This document shows positions 24,913-44,999 of a stretch of DNA of 64,000 nucleotides, piece by piece. The notes beneath the pieces were generated by a model. That model worked only from the letters and a program-made list of their open reading frames with translations, searched no databases and was not told where the DNA came from. The translations under genes were made by a program, and so were the position numbers. The stretch's first letter is position 1. Each line of letters starts with the position of its first letter. Source of the DNA: the human T2T-CHM13v2.0 reference genome, Homo sapiens; NCBI RefSeq assembly GCF_009914755.1, contig NC_060947.1; one strand, written 5' to 3'.

Positions 24913-27900
24913 GTATTCATGCAATATTCAAAGGCCAATATTTTACAGCATTTGAAAGGAATGTTCAGCAGTTACAGAATAGCCCTATGTAAGTAAAGTA
25001 CTATCTTAAGTATAAGACATCCCCCTCCTCAATCAAAAATTACTTTCATTCAGGGTTAATGGAAACAGATTTGTTCAAGCACCAGTGGATATATATGTTA
25101 AGGAATGGTGACTATAGCAGCATAAAATAGCGGATCTTTTTACTTGAAACCAGCCCTCTTCCACTCTAAAAAAATGGGATTTTTTTCAAGATGGCATCTT
25201 GGAGGCTTTTGGCATGCCTCAGCCATTTGGAAATAGCAAAAGAGTGCCTAAAGATCAACTTTGTGAGTTTTAATTCAAGAAGAAAAATGGGAGTACAATA
25301 GAAGAGAAAAAGACACTCGGATCCCAGGGAAGAGCATACCGGCAAACAGCTCCCATGGCAGCATCCAGCTGATAAAAGTGAGTGAAGCCCCAGTACGTGA
25401 GACAGGCTGAGACCCTCCCTCTTTGACTCACCTTTCCACTGAGGTCTGAGAAACCCAGGCTGAGGGAGAACACTTTATTTCTTCTCCCAAGCCATGGAGC
25501 TAACTTGGGAGAGATTGGGGATGCAGAGAAGGAAGAACACTAGGAAAAGCTGCAGGCATTTTTCCTAGACCCAGGACTGAAAGCAGGATGTCATTTTTAA
25601 TCCAGGTTCATACAAAGTCAGTTATACTTTAGTAACCTGGCACCATGGCCACGCAGGCATTTTCACCTCAGACCAGAGATTGGAGCTCTCTCTCTCGAGC
25701 AGAGTGGGGACCTTCACAACCATCACTGGGTGGTGATTATGGAAGGTGCCCCAACAGAATGCACTGGAATTGTGATCTCCCCCATTGAACATCTGGGGCA
25801 GGAGGAGAGCTGCTGCTTTCTCCTGGGTGATGAGACTTGAAAACAGAGCCAGCTTGGCAACCTGGAATCAGCCTATGTGTGTCATTGTCAGGTACCCCAG
25901 CCCTGTCTTCTACATACCCAGGCATGTCTCCAGACATTTGGGCATCCACTCACTTCAATTTACACCCTGAGCCACCCCCATCCCACTACAGATATCCTGG
26001 TGTGGGGAGCTCTCTCCACTGCATGACCGGGCAGTCAAAGCTCTTGCTCTCCTAGATCAGCAGCCTGCATCTGCAAACCTTCTGTAGTACAGATCATGGT
26101 GCAGTGGGGCCCTCAGTGATCTACACAAGGGCAGATCTCCAGGCATTTGGAGCACCCGCTCCCATGTATTAGCAGCCTGAATCACCCTTACCTTTTCTGC
26201 GTAGGGATCTGGGTGCAGGGGGTGCCTCCTCTGCTCTACACTCAGGCAAATCTCCAGACAGTTGGAGTACCTGCTCACCTGGATCAGCAGCCTGAGCCAC
26301 CCCACCTTTTCTGTGCAGAGATTGTGGCAAAGGGGGTCCGCTACACTCCATGACCTGGCAGATTTCCAGGCATCTGCAGCACTCACTCCCCTGGAGTGGA
26401 AGATTAGGCTGTCCCCAGTTCCTGTGCAGAGAACTTGGGACTAAAGAGGTTTCCAAGCCCCATGCCTGGGCACACCAATGGGCACTTGATGGGAGCCCTC
26501 TGGAAGCCCCTCAACACTGGAGGTTGGGCTGAACTATTGAGGGACATGTGGGTGTGCCTGCTCAGTCTGGCTACCCCACCCATCTTAGACCGCTATCCTG
26601 GGCTGAGCAGAGAGCTCAGAACCCTGTGCACTCCACAGATCAGCCCATTGCCTGAGACAACAGAGAGCTTCTTCCAGCAAATAAGGATTAGAAATACAAC
26701 CATCCGTTTTGGACACAGCTGGCTCGTACCTAAAAGTGTCATCTACCAACCTGTGAGTTGCACCACACAGCCTGATTAAAAAAAAAAAGAAAGAAAGAAA
26801 AAAAAAAAAAACACACCTGTGGAAAAAAGGTGCATAAGGCAAAAGAAGCAAAACCAAAATACCCTACCTAACATTCTCTACAGTCATGTCCCCTAGGGAA
26901 GAAAGAAAGGGAAATGAAAAAAATTCCTATCTGCACAAAAATAAGTACAAAAACTGTAAGTGTCAGGATCTCCAGATGAGAAGGAGCCAGGGCAAGAATT
27001 ATGGTAACATAAAAGATCTGAATGTTTTGACACCACTGAAGGATCACGCTAGCTCTCCTGCAATAATCCCAAACCAAAATAGAAACTCATAAATGACAGA
27101 TAAAGACATAACAACATGTATTGCAAGGAAGCTCAATGAGATCCAAGACAAGGTTGAAAATCAATACAAAGAAGAGTGTAAACCAATCAAGGAAATGAGG
27201 GAAGAAATAAACATCTTAAAAAGAAATCATTCAGAGCTTCTGGGGTTGAAAAACTCACTTAAGGCATTTCGAAATATAACTGAAAAGTTTATCAGTAGAC
27301 CAGATGAAGCAGAAAAAAGAATTTCAGAGCTTAAATAACAGTCTTTCAAACTAACACAGTCAGACAAAAGTAAAGAAATAGATATTTTTTTAAATGAACA
27401 AAGTCTTCAAGAAATATGGAATTATGTAAAGCAACCAAACCTATGATTAGTGGCATTTCTGAGAGACAAGGAAAAAAAGAAAATGACCTGTAAAACATAC
27501 ATGTGTTTCTACAGGATAATTCAATCAAATTTCTGCCATCTTGGTAGAGAAGTAGACATCCAGATAAAAGAAGTTCAGAGAAAATTTGCTACATACTATA
27601 CACAACAGATATCACCAAGTCATATAGTCATCAGGCTGTTCAAGGTCAACACTAAGGAAATTTTCTTAAAAGCAGATAGAGAGAAAGGTCAGATCATGTA
27701 CAAGGGGAGCCCCTACCAAGCCAATAGCAGAGTTGTCAGCAGAAATCTAACTAGCCAGAAGAGGTTGGGGGCCTACCTTTGGCATTTTAAAGAAAATAAA
27801 TACCAATCGAGAATTAAATATCCCACCAAACTAAGCTTCATAAGTAAAGGGGGAATAAGAGCTTTTCTCGACAAGTAATTGCTAAGAGAATTTTTACCAC

Positions 27901-30023
27901 TAAAGCAACCTTACAAGATAACCTAAAGAGAGTCCTAAACATGGAAACAAAAGAACAATATCTGCTACCGCAAGAACACACTTAAGCACATCGTTCATAA
28001 ACCTATGAAGCAATTACACAATAGAAACTAAAAAGCAACCAGCTAACAATTTTATGATAGGATCAAAACCTCACATATCAATATTAACCTTGAATGTAAA
28101 CAGTCTAAATGACCCACACAGAGTAGAAAGTCGGATAAAAACAAAATAAGACCCGTCCATCTGCTGACTTCTTGAGACCCATCTCACATGAAATGATACA
28201 CATAGGCTCGTGGTAAAACGTTGGAAATAGATCTACCATGCAAACGGAAAACAAAATAAACAAGAGTCACTATTCTTATATCAGATAAAACAGATCTTAA
28301 ACCAACAATGGAAAAAAGGCACAAGGAAGGGCACTAAATAATGATAAATGGATCAATTAAGCAGGAAGACCTAACTATTCTAAATATACACATACCCAAT
28401 ATCGGAGCACCCAGATTCATAAAACTCGTACTTCTAGACTTATGAAAAGACTTAGACAGTCACACAATAATAGTGGGAAACTTCAATACCTTACCGATAG
28501 TGTTAGACAGGTTATTGAGGCAGAAAGCTAACAAATAAATTCTGGACTTAAATTTGACCCTCGACTAATTGGACCTGGTATATACCTACAGAATACTTCA
28601 CTCATCAACCACAGAATATACATTCTCCTCATCTGCATATAGAACATACTGTAAGATCAACCGCATGCTCAGCCATAAAACAAATCTCAATAAATTCAAT
28701 AAAAATTCATATTAGACATACTCACAGACTGCAGTGGAATGAAAATAGAAATCAATACCAAGAAACTTTCTCAAAACCGTGTAATTATCATGAAAATTAA
28801 ACAACTGGCCCCTGTATGACTTTTGGGTAAATGACAAAAGTAAGACAGAAAAGTTTATTTTAAAAATTACTTGAAATAAATGAAAACAGACACAACAAAC
28901 CAAATATCTCTGGAATGCAGCAAAAGCAGTGTTAAGAGGAAAGTTTAGTGTGCTAAACACCTACATGAAGAAGTTAGACAGATCTCAAATTAACAATCTA
29001 ACATCACACCTGGAGAAACTAGAAAAACAAGAACAAACTGACCCACAGGCTAGTAAAAGAAAATAAATAATTAAAATCCAAGCAAAGCTGAATGATATTG
29101 AGACTCAAAAATCTATCCAAAGGATGAACCAAACCAAAAGTTGGTTCTTTAAAAGGAAAATCAAGATTGATAGACCACTAGATTAACAAAGAAAAAAGAG
29201 ATAAGATCCAAATAAGCACAATTAGAAATGACAAAGATGATGTTACAACTGATTGCACAAAAATACAAAAGATTTTCAAAGAATATTATGAACACTTCTA
29301 TGCACACAAACCAGAAAATCTAGAGGAAATGGATAAATTCCTGGAAACCCAAGACCTCTCAAAATTGAATCAGGAAGAAATTGAAACCCTGAAGAGACCA
29401 ATATTAAGTTTCAAAATTAAATCAGTAGTAATAATTTAAAAACTACCCATCAAAAGAAAAACCTGGACAAGATGAATTCACAGCCCAATTCTACCAAACA
29501 TACAGTGAAGAGCTGATATCAATTCTGTGAAAACTATTCCAAAAAGTTGAGAAGCAGAGATTCTTCCCTAACTCATTCTATGAAGCCAGCACCACCCTAA
29601 TACTAAAACCTGGCAAAGAGACAATTAAAAAATGAAAACTACAGGCCAATATCCCTGATTAACATTTACACAAAAAATCGTCAACAAAATACAAACAAAC
29701 CAAATCCAGCAGCACATCAAAAAGTTAATTCACCACAATCAAGTAGGCTTTATTCCTGGGATGCAGGGTTGGTTCAACATATGCAAATCAATAAATGTGA
29801 TTCACCACATAAACAGAATTGAAAACAAAACCATATGATTGTCTCAATAGAAGCAGAAAAGGCTTTTGACAAAATCCAACACCCCGTCATGATAAAAACG
29901 CTCAACAAACTAGGCATTGAGGGAACATACTTCAAAATAATGAGAGCCATCTATGATGAATGCACAGCCAACATCATACTGAATCGGCAAATACTAGAGG
30001 CATTGCTCTTAAAAACAGGAACA

Positions 30024-30325
30024 AGCTGAATGTATTGGCTCATGCTTGTAAACGTACCACTTCAGGTAGCCAAAGTGGGAGGATCACAGGAGCCCGGGAG
30101 TTCAAGAACAGCCTGTTCAACATAATGAGACCTCTAGCTCTACAAAAACTAAAAACTAAAAAATTAGCCAGTTGCGGTGGCATGTGCCTTTGGTCCAAGC
30201 TACTCAGGACTCTGAGATGGGAGGATCACTTGACCTGGGAGGTTGAGGCTGCAGTGAGCCATGATTACACCACTGCAATCCAGTCTGGATGATAGACTGA
30301 CACCATGTCTCAAAAAAAAAAAAAA
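30024..30325 (+). mobile_element. AluJ
   Basis: ggaggatcacttgacctgggaggttgaggctgcagtgagccatgatt diagnostics; highly diverged. Confidence 0.9.
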
Positions 30326-30822
30326 GAGAGGATAGCAACAAGACAATGATTCCCACTCTCACCACTCCTATTCAACATAGTACTGGAAGTCTTCGCCAGA
30401 GTATCAGGCAAGAAAAATAAATAAAAGGCATCCAAATTGAAAAAGAAGAAGTGAAATTATCTCTCTTCACAGGTGATGTGATTCCATATCTAAAAAAGCT
30501 CTGAGGACTCCGCAAAAAGGCTTTTGGAGCTGACAAATGATGGCAGTAAAGTTTTAGGATACAAAAATCAATGTACAAAAATCAGTAGCATTTCTATACA
30601 CTAATAACGTTCAAGCTGAAAGCGAAATCAAGAACATAATCCCATTTACAATAACCACAATAAAATAAAATACCTGGGAAGACATCTAACCGAGAAGTTG
30701 AAAGGTCTCTACAAGGAAAATGACATAATACTGCTGAAATAAATTATAGATGACACAAACGAATGGAAAAACATTCAGTGCTCTTGGATCAGAAGAATCA
30801 GTATCGTTAAAATACGAAAACT

Positions 30823-31727
30823 GAGGGAGGAGCCAAGATGGCCGAATAGGAACAGCTCCGGTCTACAGCTCCCAGCATGAGCAACACAGAAGACGGGTGA
30901 TTTCTGCATTTCCATCTGAGGTACCGGGTTCATCTCACTAGGGAGTGCCAGACAGTGGGCACAGGCCAGTGGGTGCACGCACCGTGCGCGAGCCGAAGCA
31001 GGGCGAGGCATTGCCTCACCTGGGAAGTGCAAGGGGTCAGGGAGTTCCCTTTCCGAGTCAAAGAAAGGGGTGACGGACGCACCTGGAAAATCAGGTCACT
31101 CCCACCCAAATACTGCGCTTTTCTGACTGACTTAAAAAACGGCGCACCACGAGATTATATCCCACACCTGGCTCGGAGGGTCCTACGCCCACGGAATCTC
31201 ACTGATTGCTAGCACAGCAGTCTGAGATCAAACTGCAAGGCAGCAGCCAGGCTGGGGGAGGGGCGCCCGCCATTGCCCAGGCTTGATTAGGTAAACAAAG
31301 CAGCGGGAAGCTCCAACTGGGTGGAGCCCACCACAGCTCAAGGAGGCCTGCCTGCCTCTGTAGGCTCCACCTCTGGGGGCAGGGCACAGACAAACAAAAA
31401 GACAGCAGTAACCTCTGCAGACTTAAATGTCCCTGTCTGACAGCTTTGAAGAGAGCAGTGGCTCTCCCAGCACGCAGCTGGAGATCTGAGAACCGGCAGA
31501 CTGCCTCCTCAAGTGGGTTCCTGACCCCTGACCCCCGAGCAGCCTAACTGGGAGGCACCCCCCAGCAGGAGCACACTGACACCTCACACGGCAGGGTATT
31601 CCAACAGACCTGCAGCTGAGGGTCCTGTCTCTTAGAAGGAAAACTAACAAACAGAAAGGACATCCACACCGAAAACCCATCTGTACATCACCATCATCAA
31701 AGACCAAAAGTAGATAAAACCACAAAG
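30823..31727 (+). promoter_or_regulatory. L1 5'UTR internal sense/antisense promoter with YY1 site
   Basis: YY1 motif aagatggcc at 30835-30843; CpG-rich UTR; ORF0 ATG on the minus strand at 31273. Confidence 0.85.
31199..31273 (-). pseudogene. L1 ORF0, truncated after 24 codons
   Basis: MAGAPPPAWLLPCSLISDCCASNQ*; the stop falls where the 71-aa ORF0 consensus continues with R (CGA>TGA). Confidence 0.8.
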
Positions 31728-32744
31728 ATGGGGAAAAAACAGAACAGAAAAACTGGAAACTCTAAAATGCAGAGCGTCTCTCCTCCTCCAAAGGAACACA
31801 GTTCCTCACCAGCAACGGAACAAAGCTGGATGGAGAATGACTTTGACGAGCTGAGAGAAGAAGGCTTCAGACGAACAAATTACTCTGAGCTACGGGAGGA
31901 CATTCAAACCAAAGGCAAAGAAGTTGAAAACTTTGAAAAAAATTTAGAAGAATGTATAACTAGAATAACCAATACAGAGAAGTGCTTAAAGGAGCTGATG
32001 GAGCTGAAAACCAAGGCTCGAGAACTACGTGAACAATGCAGAAGCCTCAGGAGCCGATGCGATCAACTGGAAGAAAGGGTATCAGCAATGGAAGATGAAA
32101 TGAATGAAATGAAGCGAGAAGGGAAGTTTAGAGAAAAACGAATAAAAAGAAATGAGCAAAGCCTCCAAGAAATATGGGACTCTGTGAAAAGACCAAATCT
32201 ACGTCTGATTGGTGTACCTGAAAGTGATGGGGAGAATGGAACCAAGTTGGAAAACACTCTGCAGGATATTATCCAGGAGAACTTCCCCAGTCTAGCAAGG
32301 CAGGCCAACGTTCAGATTCAGGAAATACAGAGAACACCACAAAGATACTCCTCGAGAAGAGCAACTCCAAGACACATAATTGTCAGATTCACCAAAGTTG
32401 AAATGAAGGAAAAAATGTTAAGGGCAGCCAGAGAGAAAGGTCGGGTTACCCTCAAAGGGAAGCCCATCAGACTAACAGCGGATCTCTCAGCAGAAACCCT
32501 ACAAGCCAGAAGAGAGTGGGGGCCAATATTCAACATTCTTAAAGAAAAGAATTTTCAACCCAGAATTTCATATCCAGCCAAACTAAGCTTCATAAGTGAA
32601 GGAGAAATAAAATACTTTACAGACAAGCAAATGCTGAGAGATTTTGTCACCATCAGGCCTGCCCTAAAAGAGCTCCTGAAGGAAGCGCTAAACATGGAAA
32701 GGCACAACCGGTACCAGCCGCTGCAAAATCATGCCAAAATGTAA
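31728..32744 (+). CDS. LINE-1 ORF1p (338 aa, intact RNA-binding/chaperone protein)
   Basis: MGKKQNRKTGNSK...; REKG, ARR and YPAKLS motifs retained; canonical length. Confidence 0.97.
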   Translation: MGKKQNRKTGNSKMQSVSPPPKEHSSSPATEQSWMENDFDELREEGFRRTNYSELREDIQTKGKEVENFEKNLEECITRITNTEKCLKELMELKTKARELREQCRSLRSRCDQLEERVSAMEDEMNEMKREGKFREKRIKRNEQSLQEIWDSVKRPNLRLIGVPESDGENGTKLENTLQDIIQENFPSLARQANVQIQEIQRTPQRYSSRRATPRHIIVRFTKVEMKEKMLRAAREKGRVTLKGKPIRLTADLSAETLQARREWGPIFNILKEKNFQPRISYPAKLSFISEGEIKYFTDKQMLRDFVTIRPALKELLKEALNMERHNRYQPLQNHAKM

Positions 32745-32780
32745 AGACCATCGAGACTAGGAAGAAACTGCATCAACTAA

Positions 32781-36635
<3,855 letters not shown>

Positions 36636-38439
36636 ACAATGAGATCACATGGACACAGGAAGGGGAATATCACACTCTGGGGACTGTGGTGGGGTGGGGG
36701 GATGGGGGAGGGATAGCATTGGGAGATATACCTAATGCTAGATGACGAGTTAGTGGGTGCAGCACACCAGCATGGCACATGTATACATATGTAACTAACC
36801 TGCACAATGTGCACATGTACCCTAAAACTTAAAGTATAATAAAAAAAAAAATACGAAAACTACCTAAAACAATCTACATATTTAGCATTACTCCTATCAA
36901 GCTACCAATTTCAGTCTTCACAGAATTAGGGAAAAAAACCTATTCTGAAATTCATATGGAACCAAAAGAGAGCTCGAGTAGCCAAAGCAGTCTTAAGGAA
37001 AAAGAACAAAGCTAGAGGCGTCACATTACCCAACTTCAAACTATACTATCAGGCTACAGTACCAAAATCAACATGGTACTGGTATAAAAACAGACACATA
37101 GACCAATGGAACAAAATAGAGAACTTAGACATAAAGCTGCATACCTACGACCATCTGATCTTTGACAAAGTTGACAAAAATAAACAATGGGGAAAGGACT
37201 CCCAATTCAATAAATGGTGGTGGGATAACTGGCTAGCCATATGAACAAGAATGAAACTGGACCCCTACTTTCATCATATACAGTAATTAACTCAAAGTAG
37301 ATTAAAGACTTAAATGTAAAACCTAAAACTATAAAAACCCTGAAAGACAACCTAGGCAATAAATACCCTTCTCTACATCAGCCTTGGCAAATAATTTATG
37401 GCCAAGTCCTCAAAAGCAATTGCAACAAAAACCAAAAATTGACAAGTGGGACCTAATGAAACTAAAGAGCTTCTGCATATCAAAATAAATTATCAACAGA
37501 GTAAACAATCTATAAACTGGAAGAAAATATTCATAAACCATGCATCTGACAAAGATCTAATATCCAGAATCTATGAGAAACTTAAATAAACAAGTAAAAA
37601 ACAAACAACCCCATTAATAAACTGGCAAAGGACATGAACAGATACTTCTCAAAAGAGGACATACAAGCCACCAACAAACATGAAAAAAATGCTCAATATC
37701 TCTAATCATCAGATAAATTCAAATCAATATGGCAATGAAATACCATCTGACAAAAAGTCAAAAAACAACAAATGATGGCAAAGCCATGGAGAGAAGAGAT
37801 ATAAATTAGTTGATGGGAATGTAAATTAGTTCAGCCACTGTGGAAAGCAGTTTGGAAATTTCTCAAAGAATTTAATACAGAACTACCATTAGACCCAGCA
37901 ATCCCATTATTGGGTATATATCCAAAAGAAAACAAGTCATTCTACCAAAAAGCCACATTCACTCACATGTTCATCACAGCACTATTCACAATAGCAAAGA
38001 AATGGAATCAACCTAGGAACTCATCAATGGTGGATTGGATGAAGAAAATACACCATGGGCTACTACGCAGCCAAGACAAAGAATGAAATAAAATTCTTTG
38101 AAACAACGTGGATTCAGCTGCAGGCTATTATGCTAAGCAATTTAATGCAGGAGCAGAAAACCAAATGCCCCATGTTTTCACTCATAAGTGGAAGCTAAAC
38201 ATTAAGCACACATGGATATAAAGATGGAAGCAGTGGATACTGGGGATGCTAGAGGAACCAGGGAGGGAGGGGGTGTGGGCTGAGTGACTACCTATTGGGT
38301 TCTGTGCTCACTGCCTGGATGACAGGATCATATGTACTCTAAACTTCAGTGTCATGTAATGTTCCCATGTGACAGACCTAGGCATGTACCCCCGACTCAG
38401 ATAAAAGTTGAAATTTAAAAAAAATCAATAAATCTATCT

Positions 38440-38816
38440 GGAATATTTCCAAAGGATGGACTTACTTGAAGTCTTAGGTACTGGGAAAACTCAGTTCTTC
38501 CCAGTGGTAACTGAATATCTTTCAAGAGGTCAGGAAAAAAGTACAAAGCTAAAGAATGAAATCTAGAACGAAGGCATAAGGATGTGTCTCACATAACAGT
38601 CGCCATTTTAAAGATTCTTTCTGGTTGTCTCACTCCCAAATTTTTGCTTATAGATCATTAGAAAGATCTCGGTCTCATGGTCACCTGAGCTATAAGAAAA
38701 ACTGGCAATGTAGTATTTGAGATGGGCACAATGGTATCTTGAGTAAAACTGGACTTAGTGTTACTAAGAAAGAAGTATAAAACATATCATCTAGATAACT
38801 AGCAGTCTTTGACATA
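38440..38816 (-). mobile_element. Old MaLR LTR (MLT1J/K-like)
   Basis: ggtcacctgagctataagaaaaactggcaatgtagt...ttactaagaaagaag...actagcagtctttgacata. Confidence 0.6.
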
Positions 38817-39334
38817 CTGACATATTATTTCATAGTGTTTTGCTAAAGACAAAAAAGAAAAACAACAAAAAATACCGCTTGAGTCTTTAGATTCTTAGTG
38901 TAGCACAAGTGCTTAAGCAGATAAATATGCATGAAAGTGCTCCGTAAACTATAGGTAACCATATGCATGAAGGCTATCATTACCACCATGAATTTTTTAA
39001 AGATCAGGGTAGACATCATCTGTGCTCCCTTAGGGGTTTGTAAACTTAGAAAATAATTACATACATGCTGCATTAATTTGAGTACGAAATAAAAGCAAAA
39101 CTAAACAAACAAAACCAGAACGAATAATCCTAGATTTTAATCCTTTATTTTTAACAAACCTTGAGGGTAGATCTAGCCTCGCCTTCAGATTAGATGGTTA
39201 AATATGTCAAAATCAAGACTTGTTCTGGCCTTTGCATAATTTTCAAAGGGCAAATTTATTTTAAGCAATTTGGGGCACCTTTCTGACTCCTCAGGAATGA
39301 CTTACAGTCAGAATTTACTTATGGTTATTTTAGT

Positions 39335-39680
39335 TTTTTTTTTTTAAATGTATTTTATTTTTAGGGCAGTTTTAGCTTTAAAGAAAAAACAAGCAGAAAG
39401 TACAAAGTTCCCATATGCTTCCTCACCTCCAGTGCACGGTTTCCCCTATGAATAACATATTGCATTAGTATGTTATATTTGTTAGAATTGATGAGCTGAT
39501 ATTGATACATTATTATTAATTAAAATCCATAATTTAAAATAGGGCTCACTGTTTGTGTTGTACAGTATTATGGGTTTTGCCAAGTTCTTAATGTCGTATA
39601 TCCACCATTACAGTATCAAATAGAATAGCTTCACTGCTCTAAAAATTTCCTTTGCTTCATCTATTTATACCTCTCCCATA
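39335..39680 (-). mobile_element. L1MC/MD 3'-end fragment
   Basis: ttttagggcagttttag...gcagaaagtacaaagttcccatat...attgatacattattattaa...tatccaccattacagtatca. Confidence 0.8.
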
Positions 39681-40057
39681 GTCTCTCTGGTTTTAACATA
39701 ATTTTTACCACTTGGCATTGAAGACAGGGAGTAATAAAAGTTGAGGAAACCCTGACACTGAACTTGATGATTCCTTCGAAGTTGGTAGCATTGTCCTTGA
39801 TGCAATTCGGGTTTAACATGCTCATAAAGACTTTCCAGTATTGTCCATTATAATGAAAACATAAGCATTTCGTAAATATAGTTGTTGTTGTTGTTGTTGT
39901 TATGTAGTAGGCACTGTGTCAGGTACATTATCTTCTTAAACCCTCACCAGAAGACTATGAGGTAGTAGAAATTACCCTTGTATTTCAAATTAGAACAATA
40001 AGGGCCAATCTAGCAAAGCTCTCTTCTCAAGTTTATAGGGTTAACTTAGGGCCAAAT

Positions 40058-41651
<1,594 letters not shown>

Positions 41652-41703
41652 GGCTAACAACTGAGTCACAAGATCTGTAAGACTCCAAGATTCATGCTAT
41701 AAA

Positions 41704-41898
41704 CTAAAGGTTCTCAATACTCTTTTATTTCATGCCACACAGAGAAAATGATTATATTTATAAGGAATGCTAACACTGAGGGAAACTGAGGACACCACTT
41801 GTGGCCAAAGATGGCCAGCTGGAGGGCCTTCAGGACTGAGAGGATCAATATCTCAGCACAACTGGAAGGGCCTCAGTACACTGCTTGGGTAGCTCCGC
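41704..41898. mobile_element. hAT-Charlie-type MITE fragment
   Basis: ggttctcaa...cacacagagaaaatgattatatt...ctgagaggatcaatatctcagcaca...gggtagctccg. Confidence 0.5.
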
Positions 41899-42142
41899 AT
41901 CAAAATTTCTACGTAGGGATGCCTCAATAGTACTTCCTCCTTTCACCCCGATTCTTTTTGTATCTAGTACTCCAAATAGTTACTCAGTTTTTTCAAACAA
42001 TACTGATAATGATAGTAAAAACATAAAATACATATATAGTTTTTGCTTTGTCCCATGTATGTTTCTCAATACTTCATATATATTAACCAATTTAATTTTG
42101 AAAACTTCATGAGGAAAATACTATTATTATTTCTATTTTATA

Positions 42143-42222
42143 TTAAGTTGAATCACATGAAATTGTAGACATTAGACTATTTTAGACCTTCGATTACAGT
42201 AAGTTTATATATTTCAACTGAA
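42143..42222. mobile_element. MADE2 mariner MITE inside a MIR
   Basis: 80-bp quasi-palindrome ttaagttgaatcacatgaaattg...aagtttatatatttcaactgaa; MIR halves on both sides (~42000-42350). Confidence 0.7.
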
Positions 42223-44137
42223 AAGATGAGAAGACTAAGGGGTAAAGAGATTACATGCATTGATCAAGGTTATTCAACAAATACATGCCAGAGCCAAGAT
42301 TCAGACACTAGCAGTACAGCTCTGAATGCTGGACTCTTGGCCACTGTGCCTTGTTACCTCTCAATAAAAATTACATTGTATATGATATTGGAGGTGGTTA
42401 TTGAAAAGATAGTGAAATGCAATTAGGGCCGCAAGTTTTAACAATTTCAATCATTCAACTTGTATTTATCGATTACATATGCTGTGCTATGATATTAGAG
42501 TGAAACAAGGGCAGCTTTATCTTTATATAACTTATGGTTCTAACAGGATTAAAATATGTGATAGTCAAGTGTGTATCAGACTCAAGTAGGTGATTATTCT
42601 GGTTTTAAGTAAGATCTAAGATGGCAACAGAGAGGAAGGGAGAGAGAAGAAACTACAAGGTAGAAGTAAAGGGAAAGGAAGAATAAGCAGAAATGAGCAT
42701 GTTGGAGATGCTCAGATAGAAATAGATTTCTGCTATTTATTCTTTTGATATAAGAAAAAAGGAGAAAAAAAGACAGACACTTTGAGATGCTGAACATTGA
42801 AGCTGAGGAATCCTAACTCCTGACAGCTACAGTTTTCTCAAAAAAAGGTATTAATGTGAAATGAAATTCGCAAACCAAAGAAAAAATTGAAGTATAAAAA
42901 AATCGAGTGTGATTTATGAAATGTAGCAGTTGCATTTCTATCGCATTTTTCTGAGAAAAAGGTTTTTGACATGAAGGTGTGTATGTGTGCATATGTGTGT
43001 GCTCAGTTATTGTAAGTCACACAAAATGAAATCCAATTCCATTTCATTTTGTCTAAAATCTAAATAATTATTTAATTTTAGTAAATAAATGTTAGTGATT
43101 GCTGTCAGAATCACAAAAACTTCACTTGTCTTCATTTCACCACGAAGAGTTGCATCCACGATATCATTTCCGACAACAAATAAGGGCCCACAGTGATAAT
43201 GAATGGGGTCCGTGGTTTTTGTATCCCCACCCTGAAGCCTCATGCATTTTTTTCTAAGCATTACTCTCCCCACTTTTATAGAGAAAATCCAACTCCTTGC
43301 CACATCACATAATCCATCCATATTGTCCATTCTCCCTCCTCCAAACAATCATCTAACGACCTCCTAGCCATTCCCCTTCTCTCATCAAAGACATAAGTAC
43401 CTTGATCTCCACGACAAACCTTGAGATCAACCTGAATTATCACAGCATTCATTTGGACAACCTGTCCTTCCCTCCAGACTCCCAGTTTATAGAATTCCTC
43501 CTGTCCTTTTCCTCATTGCACTCAACAATCCACACTCGCAGGCACATGTTGAACCTTTTTGGCACTTCTGACGGAATCATATCCAAAATCACTAAGTCAA
43601 GCACCCCACTTTCTAACTCTCATCATGTCTTCTATCTAGATTGCACAACTACTCTCACTGTGATCATTATTTTAACATATTAGGACTTCTAGTCATTGAG
43701 TCCTCTACCTTCTCCCAATCCATCTGCCTTTTCTTTTTATTTACTTTTTATATATTCTAGTTTTCATGATCTATCACATTAATAAAACTCATGTCAGTCC
43801 TTAATCTCTCTCAGTCTTCTATCTTTTTGGCATAAAAATCTCAACACGGCATTTATAGTTAAACAAATATTAAATGTGCCCTTTATTTGTCTGCTAATAT
43901 CATTACTTTTTTTTTCCATTTTGGTCAACTCACACCTGGGCAACAGAATGCTATTTCAAATTTTTTTCCACATTCTTTAAGACCCTTTATCACCACCCTC
44001 CCTTCCAACCCACACAGCAAAGCCCGGATGATCTCAGCAGAGAACTGCTCTCCTAAACTCACTGAGAAAATAGAACTCTCAGATTGGAATTCTCCAAATA
44101 TTCAAACCTGCACGGATCCTCTCTTTTTGTGTCCTAC

Positions 44138-44999
44138 TGAGAGGTGAAGCCAGCTGGACTTCCTGGGTCGAGTGGGGACTTGGAGAACTTTTCTGTCTAG
44201 CTAGAGCACTGTAAATGCACCAATCAGCACTCTGTAAAAACGCACCAATCTGCACTATGTGTCTAGCTAAAGGATTGTAAATGCACCAACCAGCGCTCTG
44301 TAAAACCACACCAATCTGCACTCTGTGTCTAGCTAAAGGATTGTAAATGCACCAATCAGCACTCTGTAAAATCGCACCAATCAGCTCTCTGTGTCTAGTG
44401 AGAGGATTGTAAATGCACCAATCAGCGCTCTGTGTCTAGCTAAAGGACTGTAAATGCACCAATCAGCACTCTGTAAAATGGACCAATCAGCATTCGGTAA
44501 AATGGACCAATCAGCAGGATGTGGGCAGGGCCAAATAGGGGAATAAAAGCTGGCCACCTGAGCCAGCAGCAGCAACCCGCTCGGGTCCCCTTCCAAGGTG
44601 TGGAAGCCTTGTTCTTTCACTCTTCACAATAAATCTTGCTGCTGCTCACTCTATGGGTTTGCACCCTCTTTAAGAGCTGTAACACTCACTGTGAAGGTCT
44701 GTGGCTTCACTCCTGAAGTCATTGAGACCACGAACCCACCAGGAGGAACAAACAACTCCGGACGTGACACCCTTAAGAGCTGTAACACTCACTGCGAAGG
44801 TCTGCGGCTTCACTCCTGAAGTCAGCGAGACCGTGAACCCACCGGAAGGAAGAAACTCCGGACACATCTGAACATCTGAAGGAACAAACTCCGGACACAC
44901 CATCTTTAAGAACTGTAACACTCACCGCGAGTGTCCGCGGCTTCATTCCTGAAGTCAGCAAGACCAAGAACCCACCGGAAGGAACCAATTCTGGACACA
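44138..44999 (+). mobile_element. LTR12 (ERV9) solo LTR, LTR12F-like
   Basis: tgagaggtgaagccagctggacttcctggg...ccaattctggacaca; U3 CCAAT tandem array; AATAAA 44628; repeated U5 units; 4-bp TSD ctac. Confidence 0.95.

Noticed and set aside
25900-26400. ~115-bp tandem units and overlapping ORFs
   Set aside because: Consistent with the repeat region of an older L1PA 5'UTR, not an independent array.
44190-44520. Regularly spaced short repeats resembling a CRISPR array
   Set aside because: LTR12 U3 enhancer repeats: the spacers are themselves repeated, there are no cas genes, and the context is eukaryotic.
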